Below, in pieces: positions 1 through 8,810 of a DNA stretch of 64,000 nt. The stretch's first letter is position 1, and the number at the start of each line of letters is the position of its first letter. A model generated the notes under the pieces. It had not been told where the DNA came from and did not search any database. It saw only the letters and a list, made by a program, of their open reading frames with translations. The DNA is taken from IMG/VR virus record IMGVR_UViG_3300020049_007105, positions 35,900-99,899 of that record. One strand, given 5' to 3'. This stretch comes from a virus. Its lineage: Duplodnaviria; Caudoviricetes. The translations under genes and the position numbers were made by a program.

Positions 1-2
1 CT

Positions 3-713
3 CGTGCCCGTGCGGGTATTGGAACGACCTTTACTGAGGCTGCTTCTGCGATTGTACTCGAAAGTGAAACCATGCCTGAAGATAGTGACGGGACAGTAGT
101 GAAAGAAACCGCAGAAGATTCCGATATACCTAAAGAATCAACAAATGTCGAAGCTGACGTATTGGATGTAGCTTCTAAAGAAGGAGATAAAGTGCCTGAT
201 ATTACTATGACCGATGTGCCAGACGACGTTCAGACTCAGATCGTTGAGGCGTTCTTGAGCGCCCACGCTGTGGACGAGCAGGCTGAAGCCTTGAAGGCTG
301 ATATTGCCGCACTTCAGACCAAGCTTGATCAGGCTGAGGCTGCTAAGGCTTCTGCTGAGTCTAAGGTTTCGGATGTTGCTAACTATCTGGAAGCCGTTAA
401 GACCGAGGCCGATGAGGCTGCCGCTCTTGAGGCTCGCAAGTCTGACCGAGTTGCTGAGATTGCGAAGCTGGTGACTTTCTCTGACGAGTATGTTACTGAG
501 AACGCTGATCGCTGGGCTGCTCAGTCGGAAGATGACTTCGCTGCGACCCTTTCGGTCATTGCTGAAGCTCATGGTACCAAGACCGAGGTTTCGGAGGACG
601 ATGAGTCTACCGAGTCCGAGAAGGCCGCTCTGCATGTGACCCTGAACACCAGCTCGCCTGGCGCTAAGGACACCTTCCGAGATGCCCTCAAGTCCCACCT
701 CATCAACTCATAA
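3..713 (+). CDS. C-terminal part of a prohead protease/scaffolding protein (5'-partial)
   Basis: Frame is open to the window edge upstream of ATG 72. Acidic, Ala/Glu-rich coiled-coil just before the capsid genes. Internal RBS AAGGAG (181-186) with in-frame GTG 192 suggests a nested scaffold start. Confidence 0.65.
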   Translation, partial: RARAGIGTTFTEAASAIVLESETMPEDSDGTVVKETAEDSDIPKESTNVEADVLDVASKEGDKVPDITMTDVPDDVQTQIVEAFLSAHAVDEQAEALKADIAALQTKLDQAEAAKASAESKVSDVANYLEAVKTEADEAAALEARKSDRVAEIAKLVTFSDEYVTENADRWAAQSEDDFAATLSVIAEAHGTKTEVSEDDESTESEKAALHVTLNTSSPGAKDTFRDALKSHLINS

Positions 714-743
714 TTAGATAGACCTAGGAAAGGTATAAAGACA

Positions 744-1253
744 ATGGCAGATGTTACGCTAAAGAGCGCAGAGTACCGAATCGCCCCCCAGATTGAGAAC
801 ATCGACGGGCGTCACGTTTCGGGCGCTGCATTTCGTCGGCTCGTTCCTGTTAAGGCTAGCACGACTGTGGAGGACGGCTTTGAGCGCTCTTCGGTTGTAG
901 CGGCTACGGCGGCTACGGGTCCTGTGCGAGGCATGAACGGTCTCGTTGACTACGTGAAGCTTGGCCAGTCCGGCTTCGAGGACTTCCGTGGCGGTTTCGA
1001 CCGTGAAACTATTCCTGCGGGCGTGCCCGTGCAGATGGTTCAGGGTTCCGAGATGAAGGTTGCTTATCGCAACTCGGATGACGTGAAGATGGTTGCTGGA
1101 GTGACCGCTGTTGGCGCACTTGTGACCCCTCAGACTTCCCCCGACGACACTGCTGGCTACTTCGTTGTGACTTCCACTGCGGCTGAAGCCTGGGGTGTCA
1201 TTACCAACATTTCGGCTGACGGCGACATTGAAGTTCGCTTCAGCAACCTCTAA
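744..1253 (+). CDS. Capsid decoration/cement protein
   Basis: Strong RBS AGGAAAGG; 169 aa, beta-rich; lies between scaffold and major capsid. Confidence 0.6.
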   Translation: MADVTLKSAEYRIAPQIENIDGRHVSGAAFRRLVPVKASTTVEDGFERSSVVAATAATGPVRGMNGLVDYVKLGQSGFEDFRGGFDRETIPAGVPVQMVQGSEMKVAYRNSDDVKMVAGVTAVGALVTPQTSPDDTAGYFVVTSTAAEAWGVITNISADGDIEVRFSNL

Positions 1254-1284
1254 GAGAACCTAATTAGGAAAGGGTAATAAACCT

Positions 1285-2187
1285 ATGTCAGATTACACGC
1301 TAGCAGATATTGAAGCCGCAAAGGCGAAGCTTAACGCCGAGATGCGGGAGCGTTGGGACGATGCGTCGTTCCGCCGTGAATTCGCTGCTGACCTGGCCGA
1401 GAGCATTTGGCTCGGCTATTCGGATCAGTCGCTGGTAGACCTCGTTGCGGACGTTAGCCGAGTTACGCTTGACGCAAAGGTGTACGTTCGTGAGCTGAAG
1501 GGTCTTCGGGCTTTCTGGACCGCCCGTGGTGGTTTCATCGAGCAGAGCGAGCTCAGCCAGGATGAGTACGAACTGGTGCCCGATAGCCTGGGTGTCCGTG
1601 TCCGTGAGCATGAGGAGGCTATTGCGACTCGCATTGCCGAGACCGCTGTGGACCTCAAGACCCAGGGTGTGAAGCAGATTGACCTTGGTGTCAACCAGCG
1701 CTTCCTGAAGATGCTTCAGGCCGCTACGCCTTCGAACGATGCGAACGACAACTACACGTTGGTCGCTGGTGTGACGCTTGATAGCGTCCGTGACGCCCTC
1801 ATGAAGGTGGCTGACGCTACCGAGGGTTCGAAGATTTCCATTATCGGTCGCTCGACCATGGTCCATCAGGTCATGAATGCGGTCCAGGATGGTAGCTTCT
1901 TCACTCCGACGACCAACGAGAACCTGATTCAGCGTGGCCAGATGGGTACCTTTAACGGCGCTCAGCTTATCACGGTGAAGAACGTTCGTGGCGGCGCTCA
2001 GACTATCCCGAACAACGAGCTGTATGTTGTGGCTGAGGATGCGGCTAAGGTCGCCTTCTTCGGTGACATCAAGGCCAAGGAGCGGGTTGATGACAACTGG
2101 TACTGGCATTGGGTGACTCGCCTGGATGTTGGTATGCTGCTCCACCACACTGATCGTGTGGAGCGGATTGTTGACTCCAGCCTGTAA
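1285..2187 (+). CDS. Major capsid protein (HK97-fold inferred)
   Basis: 300 aa, strong RBS AGGAAAGGG, strongly biased codons, position after scaffold/decoration, followed by a terminator; GQMGTFNGAQL resembles capsid G-x-F-x-G segments. Confidence 0.8.
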   Translation: MSDYTLADIEAAKAKLNAEMRERWDDASFRREFAADLAESIWLGYSDQSLVDLVADVSRVTLDAKVYVRELKGLRAFWTARGGFIEQSELSQDEYELVPDSLGVRVREHEEAIATRIAETAVDLKTQGVKQIDLGVNQRFLKMLQAATPSNDANDNYTLVAGVTLDSVRDALMKVADATEGSKISIIGRSTMVHQVMNAVQDGSFFTPTTNENLIQRGQMGTFNGAQLITVKNVRGGAQTIPNNELYVVAEDAAKVAFFGDIKAKERVDDNWYWHWVTRLDVGMLLHHTDRVERIVDSSL

Positions 2188-2260
2188 AGGCAGTTCCCCG
2201 GACCCGCTAACGCCTTAGGGCGTGCGGCCGGGGCAGTAGTACCCTTTCCTTAGGTAGATG

Positions 2261-2293
2261 GTAGCCGGGTCCTTCGGGGCTCGGCTACTTCTC
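2261..2293 (+). terminator. Intrinsic terminator after capsid gene
   Basis: GTAGCCGGGTCC-TTCG-GGGCTCGGCTAC stem with cUUCGg tetraloop, followed by TTCTC. Confidence 0.75.
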
Positions 2294-2302
2294 GTTAGGG
2301 GC

Positions 2303-2331
2303 TTGACTGACCCACGGCAACCTGCTACGCT
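2303..2331 (+). promoter_or_regulatory. Host primary-sigma promoter for the DnaE cassette
   Basis: TTGACT-N17-TACGCT upstream of RBS AAGGAG and ATG 2361. Confidence 0.7.
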
Positions 2332-2360
2332 TGGACTCTCAACCACCGAAGGAGAGCCCT

Positions 2361-2849
2361 ATGGCTGGACAGATGATGACCCCGAACCCCGACCTTGCAA
2401 GTCGTCTCGCCAGCGTGAGATATCTGGACGTAGACGCAAATAGGGCAACCGCTCTGGGCCAGTTGGACGCAGCGGAGCGGAAGGTTCTTTTGAGGGCGGC
2501 TAGGGGTGACGGTACCCCTGTGCCTGTGGAGGACGCTTTTGAGCTAATATACTCGTTCGGGGCTACGACTGAGTTTGTAGCGAGAATTGATGACCCAACT
2601 TTGATCGAAGACCTTTTCTCGTGGGTTGAGGAGTGCAAGGGGCCACCGATTGACGAGATCATCATTGCTCTCACCGAAGGGGTCGAGGCTTTAGTGAAAG
2701 AGCACCTTGGTGACCTCCCTGACACTCAGTTGGAGGCGATCTACGATACTTGCTATAATGCTAGCATTAGTAAGGTTCCTACTTCTGCGGATGACACAAC
2801 GGCAGTAGTTATGTTTCTTGCCCGCAATGCTCGTTGGAGCCAGCCATGA
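2361..2849 (+). CDS. Hypothetical protein
   Basis: RBS AAGGAG before ATG 2361; ATGA overlap with next gene. Confidence 0.6.
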   Translation: MAGQMMTPNPDLASRLASVRYLDVDANRATALGQLDAAERKVLLRAARGDGTPVPVEDAFELIYSFGATTEFVARIDDPTLIEDLFSWVEECKGPPIDEIIIALTEGVEALVKEHLGDLPDTQLEAIYDTCYNASISKVPTSADDTTAVVMFLARNARWSQP

Positions 2850-3319
2850 CTCGCCGTATTGTTTCCTGCGTCGAGTCTGACAAGCTGATTGCTGATTCAC
2901 TTAGTGTCGTCGGTGGGCACCACAACTACATGAAGGGTAATCCAGATTTTACTGATCCTCGTGGTCGAGCTGAGACCGTAACCATCTGGGAGACTGCTGA
3001 TGGTGAGTGGTTGACGAACACCCTAGATGCTGATGGTTGCACTCATTATGTTGAGCCCGCCCCCCTTAATTTTAGCACTATGTCTGATGCTGAAATTGTA
3101 GGTCATGTTAAAGAGGCTGACATTGAGGGACATATTGAAACTGATTGCCACCCAGAGTATGGGTCCAGCCAACCAGGGCATGTGTATGTCTATGAGGACG
3201 GCACGGTGTCTGGTCAAGATAATGGCAACGCAGATATTCAGGTTTCCGTGTGGGTTAACACCATTGATGAAGACACATCTACTATTGAAGTCACTGATGA
3301 CATTGAGAGGTTTGTGTGA
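2846..3319 (+). CDS. Hypothetical acidic protein
   Basis: ATGA-coupled start, GGAG RBS. Confidence 0.55.
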   Translation: MTRRIVSCVESDKLIADSLSVVGGHHNYMKGNPDFTDPRGRAETVTIWETADGEWLTNTLDADGCTHYVEPAPLNFSTMSDAEIVGHVKEADIEGHIETDCHPEYGSSQPGHVYVYEDGTVSGQDNGNADIQVSVWVNTIDEDTSTIEVTDDIERFV

Positions 3320-3612
3320 GTGACATTATCCGAACAGCAGAGGAAGCCTGTAGGGCATACAGTCGGGTGCAGAACCGCAATCCTTATGGGCAGCCTCCGG
3401 CTAGGTCGGAACTGGAGGCCACAATGAAATTGATAAGCCCACTGTTGTCGTTGATCGCTGAGGGACGAGTGGTGGTTGAAATTTTACCTGAGTTCTGTTA
3501 TGATTGTTATGGTGACAAAGTTTCGATCTTCATGAAGGGTACCGATGATGAGTGGTGCGAACACTGTCGCCGTTGCCGTGGCACAGGGTTTGAGCCAGAG
3601 GAGGTTGAATAG
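3316..3612 (+). CDS. Small Zn-finger protein (CxxCxG...CxxCxGxG)
   Basis: CYDCYG...CRRCRGTG motifs; GTGA-coupled start. Confidence 0.55.
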   Translation: MSDIIRTAEEACRAYSRVQNRNPYGQPPARSELEATMKLISPLLSLIAEGRVVVEILPEFCYDCYGDKVSIFMKGTDDEWCEHCRRCRGTGFEPEEVE

Positions 3613-3794
3613 TGAAGCCTGAGGCAAGCATCCAAGTACACTTGATGTCACTCAGCGAGGATTTACCCGGCTATGAGTGTTCTGGCGATTGTGGTCGCTT
3701 CGGTGGTGTCGTCCCAGGGTGGAAACTGGGGTCTTCATGGGACTGGGTTCCGTGCCCGATTCATCAAGGGCCAGCCCAAGGAGTTTCGCAGTGA
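3612..3794 (+). CDS. Small Cys/His protein
   Basis: GGAGG RBS, coupled start, CxxxC...CPxH. Confidence 0.5.
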   Translation: MKPEASIQVHLMSLSEDLPGYECSGDCGRFGGVVPGWKLGSSWDWVPCPIHQGPAQGVSQ

Positions 3795-4063
3795 AGCCTG
3801 AGACACGACAAGCATTAGCATTAACAGTGATGGATTCCTTGGACTCTACGGAGCCAACAGGGCACATCAGGAAGTGGCTAGACGGTGACAGCTATGCGGA
3901 GTTCGAGGACAGGGCCGGTCTGTTCTGGGTCAGGCTGTTCGAAGGAAATAGTTACACTGGGTGCAACTATTCTTTTGACTCTGAGGGGGCTTTTCTAGAT
4001 GCCTTCCACAGTGCTGTAACAGAGCTTAATGAAACAGGCTATGGCAAGCCCATGAGGACCTAG
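3791..4063 (+). CDS. Hypothetical protein
   Basis: AAGGAG RBS and GTG 3791 overlapping the previous stop. Confidence 0.55.
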   Translation: MKPETRQALALTVMDSLDSTEPTGHIRKWLDGDSYAEFEDRAGLFWVRLFEGNSYTGCNYSFDSEGAFLDAFHSAVTELNETGYGKPMRT

Positions 4064-4067
4064 GCGT

Positions 4068-4286
4068 ATGAAACCACCAAACTGGATGCTGTGCTCGAAA
4101 TGTGGGGTCGGTCACGCTGAGTCCCATGTGTTAGACGCAACCTTCGCTGGACCGCAAACCGTCTACACATGTAGTAATGCGCTCTGTGAGGAGTGCTCGG
4201 CGCTGCCATTTACGCAAGACGATATCAATCGGTCCAGGGGTTGCAGAACTTGCATGGGCTTCTTAAGGCAACGCAATCCAATTTAA
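4068..4286 (+). CDS. Small Cys-rich Zn-binding protein
   Basis: Several CxxC motifs; GAGG RBS. Confidence 0.5.
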   Translation: MKPPNWMLCSKCGVGHAESHVLDATFAGPQTVYTCSNALCEECSALPFTQDDINRSRGCRTCMGFLRQRNPI

Positions 4287-4299
4287 CCGAGGAGAGTAA

Positions 4300-4500
4300 G
4301 TGTCAAAAGTAATTCTAACTAAGGGCCTCCCGGCATCGGGTAAAAGTACTTGGGCAAGAGGATGGGTTGCAAAGAAGCCTACTGCTCGTGTCCGGGTTAA
4401 CAAGGATGATCTCCGTGAAGCACTTCATGGAGGTAAGTTCTCTAAGGGCAACGAGAAGGACATTCTTGACGCTGAAGCGGCGGATGGGCTGTATGCCTGA
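4300..4500 (+). pseudogene. Truncated polynucleotide kinase (PseT/AAA_33-type N-terminus)
   Basis: ILTKGLPASGKSTWA P-loop and RVNKDDLR motif, but stops after 66 aa, overlapping the DnaE start. Confidence 0.75.
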
Positions 4501-7500
4501 ATTTGTACACCTACATCAACATACTCACCACTCCATGCTGGATGGTGCATCTAAGGCTTCTGACGCTGTTGCTGAAATTGTTCGCCAGGGTGGCAAAGGT
4601 CTTGCTATTACTGATCATGGTAATATGTTCGGCGCTGTTGACTTCTACCGGGAGTGCAAGAAGCAGGGTGTCAACCCTATTCTGGGTATTGAGGCTTATG
4701 CCGCTAAGGCTGGGGTGGGTGAACGCCCGAGTACTTCTAAGAAGGTTGGTGAGGGGGACGAGGGTGGTAACACTGCTAGCGGAAAGGCATATTACCACCA
4801 GCTTCTTTTGGCTAGGAACTATGAGGGTTTTCAGAATCTGATGAAGCTTAGCTCTAGGGCCTATACTGAGGGCTTCTATTACAAGCCACGGCTCGATCTG
4901 GCGATGTTGGAGGATCACTCCAAGGGTCTGATTGCTACTACCTCTTGCCTTGGCGGTGTTCCTCTTCAGCTCATTATGGCTGGCAAGGATCGTGAGGCTA
5001 TGAACTATGTGGCCGGTCTTAAAGATATTATGGAGCCAGGCCATCTTTTTGTGGAGCTTCAGGACCATGGCATCCTTGAACAGAAGGAGACTAACCCGAC
5101 ACTTATTCAGATTGCCAGGAAGCTCGATCTCCCCCTTGTTGCTACGAACGATTCCCATTATGTTCACGCTCATGACCATGAGACCCATGATGCGCTTTTG
5201 TGCATCCAGACTCGTGCAAAGATTTCTGACACGGATCGGTTTAAGTTCCAGGGCCAGGATTTCTATCTGAAGACTGCTGATGAGATGGCACGGGTCTTTG
5301 ATGGTCTCCCTGAGGCTTTGTCTAACACCATGTTGATTAACGATATGGTGGATATTGAGCTACCCACTCAGATCAGTGGGTTGCCGCACTTTCCTTTGCC
5401 GGAAGGTTTTATTGATGAACGTGATTATCTTACCCATCTAGTAAAGCTTGGAGCCAATAAGCGCTATGCCGGAACTGATGTGGATTTTGATGCGGTGGTG
5501 GATCGAATTGAATATGAACTGGGCGTCATTTGTGAGATGGGCTTTGCGTCCTATTTTCTGATTAACTGGGATTTGATTCGGGAGGCTCATGAGCGAGGCA
5601 TCCTCTGTGGTTTTGGCCGGGGCAGTGCGGCTGGTTGTGCTGTTGCATATTGCTTGAACATTACCAAGGTTGACCCGATTCGGCATGGCCTAATTTTTGA
5701 GCGGTTCCTGAATCCGTCCAGGGTTTCGATGCCTGATATTGATTCAGACTTTCAGGCTGACCGTCGAGATGAACTCATTCAATACCTCAAGGACACCTAT
5801 GGTATTGATCATGTTGCTCAGGCGATTACTTTCGGAGTGATCCGCTCTAAGGCTGCACTGAAGGATTCGACTAGGGTCCAAGGCTATGACTACGCTGATG
5901 GCGAAAGACTGTCCAAGGCTTTCCCTGACCCCCTGTTTGGCCGTCAGGCGCCCATTGGAGCGGTGCTACACGAGGTTCCGGGACTTGAGTGGGCCTATGA
6001 GAGCGGGCAAGATTTCCGTGCCTTAGCGGGCTCCACACCGGCTATGAGCGCTATCGTGAAACTGGCTCAAGCCATTGAGGGCATCAAGCGTTCTGAGTCG
6101 ATTCACCCAAGTGCGCTTATTATTTCCGACAGGCCCCTCCTTGAGGTGTGCCCTACAGGCCGGAAGCCCGGTGGACCACTATTTACTCAGTGGGAGCAGG
6201 ATATTCTTGAAGCCCTTGGCCTCCTGAAGCTCGACATCCTTGGGTTAAAGAACTTGGACATTTTGGGAAGGTGCATTACAAGGGTTTTGGCCGCTGGCAT
6301 TGAGGTCCCCGACATCTATGAATCCAACCCTCAGTTTAAGGATGAGGCTACATATAAGCTTTTAGCGGCCGGTAAGTCTATTGGCGTGTTTCAGCTTGAG
6401 TCTCCAGCCATGAGGGCTCTGCTGAGAAAGATGGTGCCGAACTCCATTGAGGACATCTCGGCAACTATCGCTTTGTATCGTCCAGGGCCAATGTCCCAGG
6501 ACTACCATAACATTTTTGCTGATAGGAAGAATGGTCGAGTCCCTATTGCAAGCATCCATGAACGACTGGAGCCGTTGCTAAAGGACTCCTACCAGCTCCC
6601 AATCTACCAAGAACAGGTCATGACCATCAGTCGTGAGGCTGCTCAGTTTGATATGGTTGAGGCTGACAACATGCGTAAGGCCATGGGTAAGAAAGATCAG
6701 GGCCTCCTTGATTCTTTCCGTGAGAAGTTTGTTCAGGGTTGTATTGACAATGATTACACCGAGGAATTCTCTAACAGACTGTTCGATGGTCTAGAGGATT
6801 ACGCCAGCTATGCGTTTAACGCTTCTCACAGTATGGGCTATGCGTATTTGTCATACTGGACTGCATATTTCAAGGCTAACCACACTGGGTTCTATATGGC
6901 GGCACTAATGGATTATGCCGCTGACCTAGACGGTTTGAAGCCCTTGCTGGCAGAGACTCAGAGTTTGGGTGTTAAGATCATGCCCCCTACGGTCCAGTCT
7001 AAGATGAACAGCTTCACTTTTGACCCAGAGGTTAACGGCATTCACTTTCCTTTGTCTTCGATTAAGGGTGTTGGTAAGATTGGTGATATAATCTCTGAGG
7101 GCGCCCCATATGATGATGTGTGGGATTTTGCTGCCAGAGTGGCTATCAATGCTAGCGCTTTCCAAGCGGTCGCCAGGTCAGGTGGTTTTGATTCTCTGAC
7201 TGACGAGACAAGGGAGACTCTGATTTTTAATCAGGATACGATACTTACACACGGAAGGTCTAAGATCAAAGACAACAAGGTTGGTGCTATGTCTCTGTTT
7301 GGGGATGAGGATTTCTATCCCGAGTTGGAACAGAACCCGGAGCCTGAGGATGAGGCGGTAACGCTTAATCACGAGAAGGATTACATAGGTGTGTTCCTGA
7401 GTGGTCATCCCGTGGATGGCTTCGAGGGTATTTCGGAGATGTTTATCTCTGAGATCAATGAACACGAGTTTGACGGTTCTTATATTGTTGCCGCTTATCT

Positions 7501-7720
7501 TGATAAGGCTACTGCCTTCAGGACTAAGAAGGGCAAGATGATGGCGAAGTTGACACTGGAGGATAGGTCGGGCTCGCTTGAGGCAGTTCTGTTTCCGAAT
7601 AGTTACAAGATTTTTGAGGCTGATCTGAAGGATAAGCAGGTCTATGATTTCACTCTTAAGGTGTCTCACCGCCAAGGGGAGGTGACGATTTCGGTAGACA
7701 GTATGACGCAATTGGATTAA
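4493..7720 (+). CDS. dnaE: DNA polymerase III alpha subunit
   Basis: PHP motifs FVHLHQH, TDHG, TNDSHY; GRGSAAG; catalytic MPDIDSDF and LKLDILGL; AFNASHS; C-terminal OB fold; clamp-motif-like AMSLF. Start placed at MPEFVHLH (4493). Confidence 0.97.
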   Translation: MPEFVHLHQHTHHSMLDGASKASDAVAEIVRQGGKGLAITDHGNMFGAVDFYRECKKQGVNPILGIEAYAAKAGVGERPSTSKKVGEGDEGGNTASGKAYYHQLLLARNYEGFQNLMKLSSRAYTEGFYYKPRLDLAMLEDHSKGLIATTSCLGGVPLQLIMAGKDREAMNYVAGLKDIMEPGHLFVELQDHGILEQKETNPTLIQIARKLDLPLVATNDSHYVHAHDHETHDALLCIQTRAKISDTDRFKFQGQDFYLKTADEMARVFDGLPEALSNTMLINDMVDIELPTQISGLPHFPLPEGFIDERDYLTHLVKLGANKRYAGTDVDFDAVVDRIEYELGVICEMGFASYFLINWDLIREAHERGILCGFGRGSAAGCAVAYCLNITKVDPIRHGLIFERFLNPSRVSMPDIDSDFQADRRDELIQYLKDTYGIDHVAQAITFGVIRSKAALKDSTRVQGYDYADGERLSKAFPDPLFGRQAPIGAVLHEVPGLEWAYESGQDFRALAGSTPAMSAIVKLAQAIEGIKRSESIHPSALIISDRPLLEVCPTGRKPGGPLFTQWEQDILEALGLLKLDILGLKNLDILGRCITRVLAAGIEVPDIYESNPQFKDEATYKLLAAGKSIGVFQLESPAMRALLRKMVPNSIEDISATIALYRPGPMSQDYHNIFADRKNGRVPIASIHERLEPLLKDSYQLPIYQEQVMTISREAAQFDMVEADNMRKAMGKKDQGLLDSFREKFVQGCIDNDYTEEFSNRLFDGLEDYASYAFNASHSMGYAYLSYWTAYFKANHTGFYMAALMDYAADLDGLKPLLAETQSLGVKIMPPTVQSKMNSFTFDPEVNGIHFPLSSIKGVGKIGDIISEGAPYDDVWDFAARVAINASAFQAVARSGGFDSLTDETRETLIFNQDTILTHGRSKIKDNKVGAMSLFGDEDFYPELEQNPEPEDEAVTLNHEKDYIGVFLSGHPVDGFEGISEMFISEINEHEFDGSYIVAAYLDKATAFRTKKGKMMAKLTLEDRSGSLEAVLFPNSYKIFEADLKDKQVYDFTLKVSHRQGEVTISVDSMTQLD

Positions 7721-7764
7721 TATCATAGGAATACGATTTACACTACAAAGGAGAGGTTTTATTT

Positions 7765-8280
7765 ATGTCTGAGGAAAAGATCGAAAACTGGGTCAACCGA
7801 GGCCCGAAGTTCCGTGTTTGGTTTATGGCCGACCTGTCTAAGCCGGGTTCGGCTTATGATCGTTTGGTTCATAACGAAGAGGGTTTCACTTTGACCCGCA
7901 CTGAGCGACTGTTTAATGAGAACAAGTTCGGTCGTCGTCCCGAGAATAACCCGTTCGCTAATGGCACGTTCACTAGTGCTGCTGAAGTGAAGGACCCTGA
8001 TGCGTCTTTGAAGACGAAGACGCCCAATACTTTTTCGGATGATGAACTTGTCAGCCTTTTGGGCGAGCACTGGAGGACCCTTCAGGAGGGTCTGGATGAG
8101 ATTACGAATCCTGTGACTCTGCGCCGAATGATTACTTTGGGTATCGATGCTGACCTTTCAGCTAAGGCTGTTGAGCGTGCCCAGAAGCGCCTTAATGAGT
8201 TGGAGCCTGAGAGTGACCAGAAGTCTGACGGTGCTTTCGATGAGGGCGATGGCGACGACGACGACGAAGACACCTTCTGA
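7765..8280 (+). CDS. Hypothetical head/neck-module protein with acidic C-terminus
   Basis: Strong RBS AAGGAGAGG; first gene after the DnaE cassette. Confidence 0.6.
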   Translation: MSEEKIENWVNRGPKFRVWFMADLSKPGSAYDRLVHNEEGFTLTRTERLFNENKFGRRPENNPFANGTFTSAAEVKDPDASLKTKTPNTFSDDELVSLLGEHWRTLQEGLDEITNPVTLRRMITLGIDADLSAKAVERAQKRLNELEPESDQKSDGAFDEGDGDDDDEDTF

Positions 8281-8339
8281 GAGCCCGTACAAGGCCGTCT
8301 AACGGCCACTAACCCACCTACTAGGGGGATCGTACCCGA

Positions 8340-8807
8340 ATGCTGCTAACGTCGCTTGTAGACGCCCTGAGGCGGGCTATCAACCCTCCCGGCGAAGAGC
8401 TATTTCCCAACGCTAATGATCTTGTTCTCCAAGGATACTTGGCGGATGCTTTTGGTGTTGCCAGGATGAACGGTGTGATCCCCCAGAAGTGGGTTAATAA
8501 CGCTGGAACTATTGAGAACCCAGATGATGCTGCTGACGTGTTCCCTGTGGACTTGGCAACTATTATTGTGATTTATGCGAAGATTCAGATTCTGAGAAGT
8601 CGTATTATGAATATCCAGTCCAAGTTTAAGGCTAAGGCTGGACCTGTTGAGTATGAGACTCAGAATGCTGTAACGCACCTGAGGGAGTTGTTGAGGACTT
8701 TCGAGGATGAACTTGAGGAAATCAAGGACGCCTTGACAGAGAACAAAACTATTTGTAGCAAGTATATTGATGTAGGCTTGAATCGAGTCTATCCGGGCCG
8801 GTGGTAA
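8340..8807 (+). CDS. Head-to-tail adaptor (probable)
   Basis: 155 aa, helical with KAKAGPVEYE beta-hairpin typical of gp6/gp15-like adaptors; position. Confidence 0.6.
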   Translation: MLLTSLVDALRRAINPPGEELFPNANDLVLQGYLADAFGVARMNGVIPQKWVNNAGTIENPDDAADVFPVDLATIIVIYAKIQILRSRIMNIQSKFKAKAGPVEYETQNAVTHLRELLRTFEDELEEIKDALTENKTICSKYIDVGLNRVYPGRW

Positions 8808-8810
8808 AAA

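Noticed and set aside
138-2148. Long antisense ORFs opposite head genes (also 15361-16059, 31702-32679, 41770-42378)
   Set aside because: Shadow ORFs from codon bias, with no RBS or recognisable motifs.
4300-4500. Programmed +1 frameshift fusing the kinase to DnaE
   Set aside because: The DnaE frame is open from 4367, but no slippery site is evident, the kinase would still be incomplete, and ATG 4493 gives a normal PHP N-terminus.
4493-7720. Intein or intron in dnaE (also checked helicase and RecA)
   Set aside because: Domain lengths are normal, with no splice-junction or homing-endonuclease motifs seen.
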